64,000 bases of DNA from an uncultured Gammaproteobacteria bacterium. Lineage in GTDB: Bacteria; Patescibacteriota; Patescibacteriia; S139-126. Made by a program: the position numbers and the translations under genes. Shown here in pieces: positions 27,983-36,661 of this stretch. Where the stretch lies: assembly GCA_964493305.1 (NCBI GenBank), contig CAZBLW010000001.1, positions 241,484 to 305,483 on the forward strand. The letters are read 5' to 3'. The notes under the pieces were generated by a model that made no database searches, was not told the origin of the DNA, and saw nothing but the letters and a program-made list of their open reading frames with translations. Every line of letters begins with the position of its first letter. The stretch's first letter is position 1.

Positions 27983-29743
27983 ATGTCATCAGCAAGATTT
28001 TCTGAAAATTTAATCGAAATTTTAGTCAAAAATAACCAGCTATCTAGTTCGCAGCTGGCTGATTTTAAACAACAAATTGCCCAAGGCAAAGATTTTGATG
28101 CGGTGGCAAAAACTATGGGCATCAGCGAAGAATCAATTGCCAAAGCCCAGGGTGAATTTTTCAATCTGCCATATGTTGATTTGTATAGTCAAAAGGTAGC
28201 TAATGATATTTTAAATTTGATTCCCAAAGAATTGGCAGAAAATTATCAACTGGTACCGTTTGAGTTTGATAAAAATACCTTGCATTTAAAAGTAGGTATA
28301 GTGGACCCGGGAGATTTTAAGGCTATTGAAGCGGTAGAATTTTTAGCTCGCAAAAATAATTACCGAGTGGAATATTTTGTTATCACTCAGACCGCTTTTA
28401 AACATACGGTCAAAAACTATGAATCCTTAAAGACCGAAGTAAAAAAAGCCTTGGATATTGTCGAAGATAGATACCAGAAAAAAATTGCTGAAGAAAAAGA
28501 AGCAGAAGAAGAAAAAGATTTTGAGGAAGTTATCAAATCTGCTCCAGTTTCCAAAATGGTGGAATCAATTTTAAAACACGCCGTGGAAGGCAATGCTTCT
28601 GATATTCATATTGAACCGGCAGAGGATAGCACTAGAGTCAGGTATCGAATTGACGGTGTCTTGCACACCTCTTTGCGTTTACCAAAACATTTGCATAATT
28701 CTTTGATTAGTCGTTTGAAAGTTATTTCCAATTTAAAAATTGATGAAACCAGAGTTCCGCAGGATGGACGTATTCGTGTAGAAGTTGGCGGACAAAAAAT
28801 TGATTTGCGTATTTCGTTTTTGCCACTTTTTAATGCTGAAAAAGTAGTATTGAGAATTTTAGATGTTAGTAACAAAGTAATTACCTTGGAAGAGCTTGGT
28901 TTTTGGGGTAAGGGTTTGGAAATTTTATATGAAAATATTGATAAATCAACCGGTATGTTTTTGGTGACTGGTCCTACTGGTAGTGGTAAGTCAACCACAC
29001 TCTATGCCGTGTTGAATTTGGTCAATAAAGAAGGCGTAAATATTCTCACGCTTGAAGATCCGATTGAATATTATCTTGATGGTATTAATCAATCACAGGT
29101 CAACACGGAAGTTGGTTATGGTTTTGCCAATGGGCTGAGAGCAGCTCTTAGACAAGATCCTGATATTATCATGGTTGGTGAGGTCCGTGACAATGAAACG
29201 GCTGAGCTGGCTATTCATGCTGCTTTAACCGGTCATATGGTGTTATCTACTTTACATACCAACGATGCTATTGGGGCAATCCCGCGTTTGATTGATATGC
29301 ATATTGAACCATTTTTACTCGGCTCAACTTTGAATGTAGTAATTGCCCAGCGGTTGGTGAGAAAAATTTGTGAATTCTGTAAGGAAGAAGTCAATGATAT
29401 TCCGGAAAAAATTATTGACCAGGTTAAAAAAACTGTTATTGAGGTCAATCCTATACATTTACCCCAAGATTTACAAGATATGATTCACCGTGAAGATTAT
29501 AAATTTTACCGAGGTCGCGGTTGCCCCCGCTGTGGTGATTCGGGTTATCAAGGCAGATTGGCGATTGTAGAAATACTTTCTATGAATGATGATTTGAAAA
29601 AAGTTTTGGAAAACGGCAAATTGGAAGAAATCGAAAATGTGTTTATCAAACAGGGACTTCCTAACATGCAACAAGATGGTGTGATCAAAGTTTTACAAGG
29701 AAAAACCACCATGGAAGAAGTCCTAAGAGTATCCAAAGAATAA
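27983..29743 (+). CDS. pilB: Type IV pilus assembly ATPase PilB (GspE family)
   Basis: N-terminal GSPII_E_N region, Walker A GPTGSGKST, Asp/His boxes, C-terminal CPRCGDSG zinc knuckle. Confidence 0.9.
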   Translation: MSSARFSENLIEILVKNNQLSSSQLADFKQQIAQGKDFDAVAKTMGISEESIAKAQGEFFNLPYVDLYSQKVANDILNLIPKELAENYQLVPFEFDKNTLHLKVGIVDPGDFKAIEAVEFLARKNNYRVEYFVITQTAFKHTVKNYESLKTEVKKALDIVEDRYQKKIAEEKEAEEEKDFEEVIKSAPVSKMVESILKHAVEGNASDIHIEPAEDSTRVRYRIDGVLHTSLRLPKHLHNSLISRLKVISNLKIDETRVPQDGRIRVEVGGQKIDLRISFLPLFNAEKVVLRILDVSNKVITLEELGFWGKGLEILYENIDKSTGMFLVTGPTGSGKSTTLYAVLNLVNKEGVNILTLEDPIEYYLDGINQSQVNTEVGYGFANGLRAALRQDPDIIMVGEVRDNETAELAIHAALTGHMVLSTLHTNDAIGAIPRLIDMHIEPFLLGSTLNVVIAQRLVRKICEFCKEEVNDIPEKIIDQVKKTVIEVNPIHLPQDLQDMIHREDYKFYRGRGCPRCGDSGYQGRLAIVEILSMNDDLKKVLENGKLEEIENVFIKQGLPNMQQDGVIKVLQGKTTMEEVLRVSKE

Positions 29744-29744
29744 T

Positions 29745-30122
29745 ATGCCCAAAAATTCAATTTTGATAGTTGAAGATGATCAATACATATTGTCTTTGTA
29801 TGCCAAAAAATTTGGTGATGCCAATTTTACCGTCTATTCGGCCCGAGATGGCATGACGGCTCTGCGTAATTTAGAAAAATACCAACCGCAAGTAGTTATT
29901 GTTGATTTAAATATTCCCGAGTTATCCGGTTGGGATTTGTTGGAGATGATAGCAGTAAGCAATCAACCCAAACCGATTTGTGTGGTTTTATCCAATTATG
30001 ACCAAGCGACCGCTCAAGAAAATAAACCCTTGCCGGATATTGTCAAAGGTTATTTTGTAAAAATAAATACTGATCCGGACGAAATGGTACAAACAGTAAA
30101 AAATTATTTATCCCAAAACTAA
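29745..30122 (+). CDS. Stand-alone response regulator receiver domain between pilB and pilT
   Basis: ILIVEDDQYIL...VVIVDLNIPELSGW receiver motifs. Confidence 0.7.
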   Translation: MPKNSILIVEDDQYILSLYAKKFGDANFTVYSARDGMTALRNLEKYQPQVVIVDLNIPELSGWDLLEMIAVSNQPKPICVVLSNYDQATAQENKPLPDIVKGYFVKINTDPDEMVQTVKNYLSQN

Positions 30123-31192
30123 TGCAAACTACTCTCAATATAACCCTTAACCGTATTTTGACGATCTTAGCTGAGCGTCATGGCTCTGATTTGCATTTAG
30201 TGGTTGGTTCTCGGCCGATGATGAGGTTACACGAAGAGTTATTGGAAATGTCAGAAGAAGAAGTTATGACCAAAGATTTTATTCAAGGGGTAATTGATAT
30301 GTTATTGACTGATGAACAAAAGCAACTTTTGGGCAGTAGGAGAGAAATAATATTTGCTTATGACTTTGGTGATCGGGCTCGTTTTCGAGTGGATGTATTT
30401 TTTCAAAAAGGTTTTCCCAGTTTGGTGTTTCATTATATTCCGGTGGTAGTCAAACCTTTAAGCGAGCTAGGTTTTCCCAAAAGCGTGGAAAAATTGACTC
30501 AAGAAAGAAGCGGTTTGGTGCTGATTGGTGGTCCTTACCGAGCTGGAAAAACCACCACCATGGTAGGTTTTATAGAAAGTATCAATCGTACGCACCGGCG
30601 CAATATTTTGACCCTCGAACAACCGATTGAACATGTGTTGATTAGCAATAAAAGTCTTATTCAACAAAAAGAGGTGGGCAATGATGTTGAATCCTGGTTG
30701 GAAGCATTGGAGATTCGGGAAGAGGATATTGATGTTTTGATGGTAACCAGGGTCAATAGCCCGCGGATTATGTATCGACTGTTGGAAATTGCCAACAGTG
30801 GCGTGTTGGTCTTTATGCCTCTGGAGGGCAATAGTATTGGTCAGTTGTTACATACAGTCATTGAAGATTCTCCGGATGAAAATCGTGAACACGCTCAATA
30901 TTTATTGTCCAAAGTTTTTCGGGGGGCGATTATTCAAAAATTACTACCCAGTATTGGCGGTGGTATGGTACTGGCTATGGAAATAGTTTATTCCAGTCCG
31001 GTGATAGCAGCAGCGATCAAAGAAAATAAATTGTCGCAACTATCTAGTATTTTACTGACCTCGCGGGAGCAGGGGATGATTTCCATGGATCGCTATATTG
31101 CTGAGTTGGTAAGATCCGGCCAAATTGATCAAACTGTGGCTTTGCAGGAGGTTAATGATCCGGAAAATCTAAAAAGAATATTAAGATCATAA
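30122..31192 (+). CDS. pilT: Type IV pilus retraction ATPase PilT/PilU family
   Basis: PilT N-terminal domain and Walker A GGPYRAGKTTT; about 356 aa. Confidence 0.8.
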   Translation: MQTTLNITLNRILTILAERHGSDLHLVVGSRPMMRLHEELLEMSEEEVMTKDFIQGVIDMLLTDEQKQLLGSRREIIFAYDFGDRARFRVDVFFQKGFPSLVFHYIPVVVKPLSELGFPKSVEKLTQERSGLVLIGGPYRAGKTTTMVGFIESINRTHRRNILTLEQPIEHVLISNKSLIQQKEVGNDVESWLEALEIREEDIDVLMVTRVNSPRIMYRLLEIANSGVLVFMPLEGNSIGQLLHTVIEDSPDENREHAQYLLSKVFRGAIIQKLLPSIGGGMVLAMEIVYSSPVIAAAIKENKLSQLSSILLTSREQGMISMDRYIAELVRSGQIDQTVALQEVNDPENLKRILRS

Positions 31193-31195
31193 GTT

Positions 31196-32401
31196 ATGCC
31201 TTTTTTTCAATATCGGGCCAGAAATTCCCGAGGAGATATAGTCCAAGGTTCAGTCGATGCTCCGACAGAAAATGTCGCTTCATCAATATTGGTTGATCGC
31301 GGATTGATTATTTTATCCTTGGTGGAAAAAGAAAAAAACTCGCTCAATATTGACCTGCCGTTTTTAAATGCCATCAAAAATAAAGACGTGGTGGTTTTTT
31401 CCCGGCAACTGGCGGTGATGGCCTCGGCTTCAGTGCCGATTGTGCAGGCTTTGAAAATATTGGTCAATCAAACTCACAATCCCAGGTTGAAAGTGATAAT
31501 TTCCGAAGTAGCCGATGAGGTGGATGGCGGGGCAAAATTATCCCAAGCTTTGGGACGTTACCGCAAAGTCTTTTCTGATTTTTATGTAGCTATGGTTAGA
31601 TCCGGTGAAACCAGCGGTAAGTTGGATGAAGTATTGAACTATTTGGCTGATCAGCAAGAAAAAGATTATGATCTCACCTCCAAAATCAAGGGCGCCATGA
31701 TTTATCCGGTATTTATTATGGCTGGTTTGACGGTGGTAGCCATTGTGATGATGGTATTTGTGGTGCCGAAACTCACGGGAATTATTGCCGAATCAGGAGC
31801 TGAATTGCCACTAGCAACTCGAATATTGATTGCGGTGTCTGATTTTATGAAAAATTATTGGTATATACTTATTGGCGTAGTGGGTGGGGGGATTTTTTCC
31901 TTTTTTAAACTAACTCGTCGCGGTCCGGGTAAAGCTTTGTATGATAAATTTAAGCTTAAAGTACCAATTTTTGGCAAACTGTGGCAGCGGATATATCTCG
32001 TGCGCATGACCAGATCTTTATCTACCTTGATTGTGGGTGGTGTACCATTGACTGCAGCACTAGAGGTAGTAGCTGATGTAGTGGGTAATGATTTATACAG
32101 CAGTTTAGTCAAACAAACCATCAAAGAAGTTGAGGATGGTAACAGTGTGGCAACTCTTTTTTTGAAAAGCAAAGAAGTGCCTCCCATGGTATCGCAAATG
32201 ATGTCAGTCGGCGAACAGACTGGTAGACTAGAACAGATTCTAGCAAAAATTACTGATTTTTATGCTAGAGAAATTGAAAATCTAGTGGCCAACATGGTGA
32301 GTTTGATTGAACCTTTGATTATGGTGTTGATGGGTGTGGGCGTGGGGCTCATGGTGGCAGCTATAATTTTGCCCATGTATCAGCTGGCTAGTAGTTTTTA
32401 A
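31196..32401 (+). CDS. pilC: Type IV pilus platform protein PilC (GspF family)
   Basis: Two GspF repeats with 3 TM; typical PilC length. Confidence 0.85.
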   Translation: MPFFQYRARNSRGDIVQGSVDAPTENVASSILVDRGLIILSLVEKEKNSLNIDLPFLNAIKNKDVVVFSRQLAVMASASVPIVQALKILVNQTHNPRLKVIISEVADEVDGGAKLSQALGRYRKVFSDFYVAMVRSGETSGKLDEVLNYLADQQEKDYDLTSKIKGAMIYPVFIMAGLTVVAIVMMVFVVPKLTGIIAESGAELPLATRILIAVSDFMKNYWYILIGVVGGGIFSFFKLTRRGPGKALYDKFKLKVPIFGKLWQRIYLVRMTRSLSTLIVGGVPLTAALEVVADVVGNDLYSSLVKQTIKEVEDGNSVATLFLKSKEVPPMVSQMMSVGEQTGRLEQILAKITDFYAREIENLVANMVSLIEPLIMVLMGVGVGLMVAAIILPMYQLASSF

Positions 32402-32460
32402 AATATAATAACGAATAACGAATTAAGAATTACCAATAAAGAAATAAGAAGTAAAATAGA

Positions 32461-32494
32461 TTGACTTGTGGTTTTTTTGAAAATGTGCTATAAT
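32461..32494 (+). promoter_or_regulatory. Strong sigma70 promoter for the major pilin (TTGACT ... extended -10 TGCTATAAT)
   Basis: Read directly in the 236-bp intergenic region upstream of the pilin gene; a good SD (AGAGAGGTG) lies before the ATG. Confidence 0.5.
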
Positions 32495-32637
32495 TAATAA
32501 TAGTTAAAAGGTCGGGCTGAAAAATGCTTAAATAATTGAATATTTTTTAAAAAATTATATTTAAGATGATTTTTGTTACCGCGGGCTTGTCCAGTAGCAA
32601 AAGTCATTTTCACTAATCTAGAAAGAGAGGTGAATTT

Positions 32638-33075
32638 ATGAATAAAAAAGGTTTTACTTTAATCGAACTTTTGGTGGTGATTGCTATTATTGGTTTATTG
32701 TCAACTTTGGCCGTAGTTTCACTAAACAACGCCAGAGCTAAATCACGTGACGCCAAAAGAGTATCTGATATTAAACAAGTCCAAACCGCTTTAGAGTTAT
32801 TCTATAATGATAATAATGGTTACCCGACTGTTACAGTAAATACTAATAATAATGTATTACCATCTCCAAGTACAGGTTCTTCCACCCCTTGGTCAACTTA
32901 TATGGGTATAAATCCTCAAGCTCCAACTCCGGCTGATGGTGGTTGTGGTGCTAATAATAATTACGTTTATAATGCTACATCTTCAGCTAGTTATGCCATC
33001 ACTTTCTGTTTAGGTGGAGCCACTGGTCAATTACCAGCTGGTGTGAGAACTGCATCTCCAAGTGGTATTCAATAA
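32638..33075 (+). CDS. Type IV major pilin (prepilin with N-terminal cleavage/methylation motif)
   Basis: MNKKGFTLIELLVVIAIIGLL class III signal; 145 aa. Confidence 0.85.
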   Translation: MNKKGFTLIELLVVIAIIGLLSTLAVVSLNNARAKSRDAKRVSDIKQVQTALELFYNDNNGYPTVTVNTNNNVLPSPSTGSSTPWSTYMGINPQAPTPADGGCGANNNYVYNATSSASYAITFCLGGATGQLPAGVRTASPSGIQ

Positions 33076-33092
33076 AGAGTCCTTACATATTT

Positions 33093-33128
33093 AACTACCC
33101 CGACAAAATCGGGGTAGTTTTATTTTTC
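33093..33128 (+). terminator. Intrinsic terminator after pilin gene (CTACCCCGA-CAAAA-TCGGGGTAG + T-run)
   Basis: Read directly. Confidence 0.7.
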
Positions 33129-33161
33129 ACTAAATTAGGTAAAAAATGTTATAATAAATAA

Positions 33162-33947
33162 ATGACTATATTATTTATTTTTATTTTAGGAACACTACTG
33201 GGCAGTTTTATCAACGCCTTGGTTTATCGGTTGCATAACAATTTAAATTTTGTTCTAGCTAGGTCACATTGCCCTAAATGCCAGCACACTTTAGCTTGGC
33301 AGGAGCTTATACCCATTGTGAGTTTCCTGAGGCAAAAAGGCAGATGCACCAGCTGTCAGCAAAAAATTTCTTGGCAATACCCAGTGGTAGAAATACTCAC
33401 TGGGATCTTATTTGTTTTGATTTATCAAACCAAAATACTTGATTGGCAATTAACCCAGACAAATTTTTCTGAGCTTCTATATATTAGCGGTTTGTTTGTT
33501 TTTACCGTGTGGCTGGTGATAATTTTTGTTTATGATTTTAAATACTATTTGATTTTAGACAAAATTACCCTGCCCGCTATGGCGCTGGCTTTCGTTTGGC
33601 AATTGGCTATGGATTTTTCTCTAGCTCATATAATCAATATTTTACTGGCAGCTACGGTGGGCGGGGGATTTTTCTTATTGCAATTTTTAGTTTCCAAAGG
33701 CAAATGGATTGGGGGCGGGGATATCAGACTGGGGGTGTTGATGGGTTTGTTGTTAGGACTGCCTCAGGTTTTGGTGGCTTTGATGCTGGCTTATATCATC
33801 GGTGCGGTTATCGCAGTATTTATGGTATTATTAAAAAAGAAGCGCTGGGGTGAACAAATTCCCTTTGGTACATTTTTGACTATTGGTACATTTATTGCCT
33901 TGTTGTGGGGAGAGGTAATTATAAAATGGTATTTAGGTCAGTTATGA
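33162..33947 (+). CDS. pilD: Prepilin peptidase PilD (A24 family) with N-terminal Cys4 zinc motif
   Basis: CPKCQH...CTSCQQ tetracysteine and A24 catalytic Asp motifs; 8 TM. Confidence 0.85.
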   Translation: MTILFIFILGTLLGSFINALVYRLHNNLNFVLARSHCPKCQHTLAWQELIPIVSFLRQKGRCTSCQQKISWQYPVVEILTGILFVLIYQTKILDWQLTQTNFSELLYISGLFVFTVWLVIIFVYDFKYYLILDKITLPAMALAFVWQLAMDFSLAHIINILLAATVGGGFFLLQFLVSKGKWIGGGDIRLGVLMGLLLGLPQVLVALMLAYIIGAVIAVFMVLLKKKRWGEQIPFGTFLTIGTFIALLWGEVIIKWYLGQL

Positions 33948-34567
33948 CGGAGTTATTTTTAAAAAATAAAAAAAATAATCAAGGTTATACCTTACCGGAG
34001 TTATTGGTTTCCATTGCCATTTTTGTGGTTATTTTAGGTATCACTATGGCCAATTTGCGACAAGGCAATCAGACCAGTGAATTGCGGTTAAAATCCCTGG
34101 AAGTAGCCAATGATATCAGGCGGGTGCAAAACAATGCCCTGGTTGCCCTGCCTTTAACTGACGGTAGTATTCCTGATCGGTGGGGTATTCATTTTGTCAG
34201 TAGTAGTCCGCAGTATATAATTTTCAATGAAAAAGCCGGTAGTGCCAATTATAATTTTTTGTACAATGCGGGTGAAGCGGTACAAACTATCAATTTACCC
34301 AGTCGATTTATCATTTCCGCTATGAATGATCCGGAAAATCCTTGCGGTACCAAAGTAAACAATGGAGTGATGGATATAGTTTTTACAGTACCTGGCGGAC
34401 AGACTTATTTCAATGGTGTCCAACCGTTAAGTACCGGTGAGGTTGGTGCTTGCGGTAACTACAACCCCGGCTGGATCAATTTAAAATATTTACCGACCGG
34501 TCGCAGTATAAATATTCAAATCAACTGGATATCAGGAAAAATTACCACCACCGAAATTATCAATTAG
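33944..34567 (+). CDS. Minor pilin / pseudopilin (prepilin-type N-terminus)
   Basis: QGYTLPELLVSIAIFVV cleavage motif; internal ATG overlaps the pilD stop (ATGA). Confidence 0.6.
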   Translation: MTELFLKNKKNNQGYTLPELLVSIAIFVVILGITMANLRQGNQTSELRLKSLEVANDIRRVQNNALVALPLTDGSIPDRWGIHFVSSSPQYIIFNEKAGSANYNFLYNAGEAVQTINLPSRFIISAMNDPENPCGTKVNNGVMDIVFTVPGGQTYFNGVQPLSTGEVGACGNYNPGWINLKYLPTGRSINIQINWISGKITTTEIIN

Positions 34568-34570
34568 TCT

Positions 34571-35188
34571 ATGCTCAAATTTCGCAAAAATTTATCTGGC
34601 CAAGGTTTGATGGAAGTTATTGTAGCGATTGCCATCATCACGACCGGGATTACGGGAACCGTGACTTTGACCTATTCCAATTTACGGAGTAATGAAACTT
34701 CGATCAATCAAATAATTGCGGCTAACTTAGCTAGAGAAGGTATTGAAGTGGTGAGAAACATACGGGATGAAAATTGGTTACAGGGATCAGTAAATAATAC
34801 TTGGTTAACTGGTTTAAAAAATATAAATAGTGAACAAGATGATTTCGACGGTAATATTGATTTCAATAAAACTACCAAAAGATGGACTTTGGATTTGACC
34901 AAAGATGGCATCAGTGCTGGTCGGTTGTATTTGGATAGCGACGGTGTTTACAATCATACCAGTGGTACCATCACGCCGTATTGGCGCAATGTAGAAGTCA
35001 GAGTGATTTTATGTCAGTTTAAAAATAATAAAAATAACATCGTAGTGGTTAATGGTAATTGTCAAGCTTATGGTGCTTGGAATGCTGTAGGTATCAAAGT
35101 AATTTCTACAGTACAGTGGCAAGAAAAAGGTCAAACCAAAACTTATCGTTTAGAAGAAAATTTATATAATTGGCATGATATTTACTAA
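34571..35188 (+). CDS. Minor pilin (PilV-like prepilin N-terminus)
   Basis: GQGLMEVIVAIAIITTG motif. Confidence 0.5.
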   Translation: MLKFRKNLSGQGLMEVIVAIAIITTGITGTVTLTYSNLRSNETSINQIIAANLAREGIEVVRNIRDENWLQGSVNNTWLTGLKNINSEQDDFDGNIDFNKTTKRWTLDLTKDGISAGRLYLDSDGVYNHTSGTITPYWRNVEVRVILCQFKNNKNNIVVVNGNCQAYGAWNAVGIKVISTVQWQEKGQTKTYRLEENLYNWHDIY

Positions 35189-35771
35189 AAAAACCAATCA
35201 ACAAGGATTTACCTTGATGGAAATAGTAGTGGGTCTGGCGCTGTTTGGCGTGGCTTTGATATCTTTGACTGATATTTATTTATTGTCACAAACTACCCAA
35301 AATAAACTGGTGGGGGAAACCAAAATACAAGCTGATGCGCGGTTTGTCATTGAACTGTTGGCTCGAGAGGTGAGGATGAGCATGATTGATTATCAAGCTA
35401 TTAATCCAGCAGATTACAGTCCGGCACTTGATTATTTACCTCTGGTTGATACTGCTGGCAATACTACTATTTTTATCACTACTTCCTCGCCTTATATTTG
35501 TGAACCAGGCACCACCAGTTGTCTGGCCGTAAAACAAAATGATTCTGCTTGGGCCAGTATTACTCCGCGGGGGGTAAATATATTGCGCGCTGATTTCTAT
35601 GTTTATCCGGAAGCAGATCCTTTTGCCATCACCACCAACCGCTATGCTGCCAGTAGTACTCCCCGGGTTACTATTATCTTAGCTTCCGAAAATATTACCA
35701 GCCGGCAAGCGGAAAGAAATATCCAAAATTTACAAACCACGGTATCTTCGCGAGTTTATAAAAGATTTTAG
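35175..35771 (+). CDS. Minor pilin (PilW-like prepilin N-terminus)
   Basis: QQGFTLMEIVVGLALFGV motif. Confidence 0.5.
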   Translation: MIFTKKTNQQGFTLMEIVVGLALFGVALISLTDIYLLSQTTQNKLVGETKIQADARFVIELLAREVRMSMIDYQAINPADYSPALDYLPLVDTAGNTTIFITTSSPYICEPGTTSCLAVKQNDSAWASITPRGVNILRADFYVYPEADPFAITTNRYAASSTPRVTIILASENITSRQAERNIQNLQTTVSSRVYKRF

Positions 35772-35800
35772 TTTTGTATTAAGTAAAAAAGTATCAAGCT

Positions 35801-36658
35801 ATGAGTTTAAAAAATACACCAGCCAATCAACAAGGAGCCATATTACTGTTAGCTTTACTAATTATGTCAGGTTTGGTAATTGGCGGATTTACTTTGGGCA
35901 GTGTAGTGATCAATGAACTTAGGCAATCGCGGCAATTGGATCAGGCAATCGTAGCGTATTATGCGGCCGAATCCGGCGCAGAAAAATTGCTCTTTGATTG
36001 GCGGGAAACCGGTTGTACCACCTGTCCCACCAATACCCAGCTTTTTAGCAATCCAGCTTGCAGTGAATCCAGTACCATTGGTTGGACTTGTGGTATGAGT
36101 ACTACTCAAGGAGTATCCCAAGTTAGTTTTACTTTGCCTCAGCTGCAGGTAGAGCAAATTCCTTTGTATTTGCCTTATGACCCGAGTCAGCGTTCCGGCG
36201 CTGAATCAATGAATATTTTTTGGCAGGATAGTGATGTTACCAATGGCTTAGAACCCTGGTTGGAAGTATCCATTTTAGGTTGGCCAGCTGGCGCTAGTGT
36301 CAATTATCAAGATGCCAAAGAGATAATGCGTCGGGTTTATAAATGCTCTCCCAATGCTGTTGATCAACCTATGTGTGACACTATTAGTATCAATGATTTA
36401 ATTGCCACTTATGGTTATATCGTCAGAGTACGATCTTTGTATGACGATGTAGACAATGTCAGAGTTAAGTTTTACCAAAATGACAATGGAGTCAATGATT
36501 TGGATTTACGAACTTTTATCAAAGTCGCTGATTTTACCGGTACATTTCAGGGCATCAAGCAAGGTATCAGAGTGCAATTTCCTGTGGTTAACCCCTCAGC
36601 CGGGATGTTTGATTTTGTTTTATTTACCGAAAATAGTTTACTTAAACAGATTTTTTAG
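35801..36658 (+). CDS. PilX-like minor pilin
   Basis: QQGAILLLALLIMSGLVIGG N-terminal region typical of the PilX N-terminal domain. Confidence 0.4.
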   Translation: MSLKNTPANQQGAILLLALLIMSGLVIGGFTLGSVVINELRQSRQLDQAIVAYYAAESGAEKLLFDWRETGCTTCPTNTQLFSNPACSESSTIGWTCGMSTTQGVSQVSFTLPQLQVEQIPLYLPYDPSQRSGAESMNIFWQDSDVTNGLEPWLEVSILGWPAGASVNYQDAKEIMRRVYKCSPNAVDQPMCDTISINDLIATYGYIVRVRSLYDDVDNVRVKFYQNDNGVNDLDLRTFIKVADFTGTFQGIKQGIRVQFPVVNPSAGMFDFVLFTENSLLKQIF

Positions 36659-36661
36659 TTT

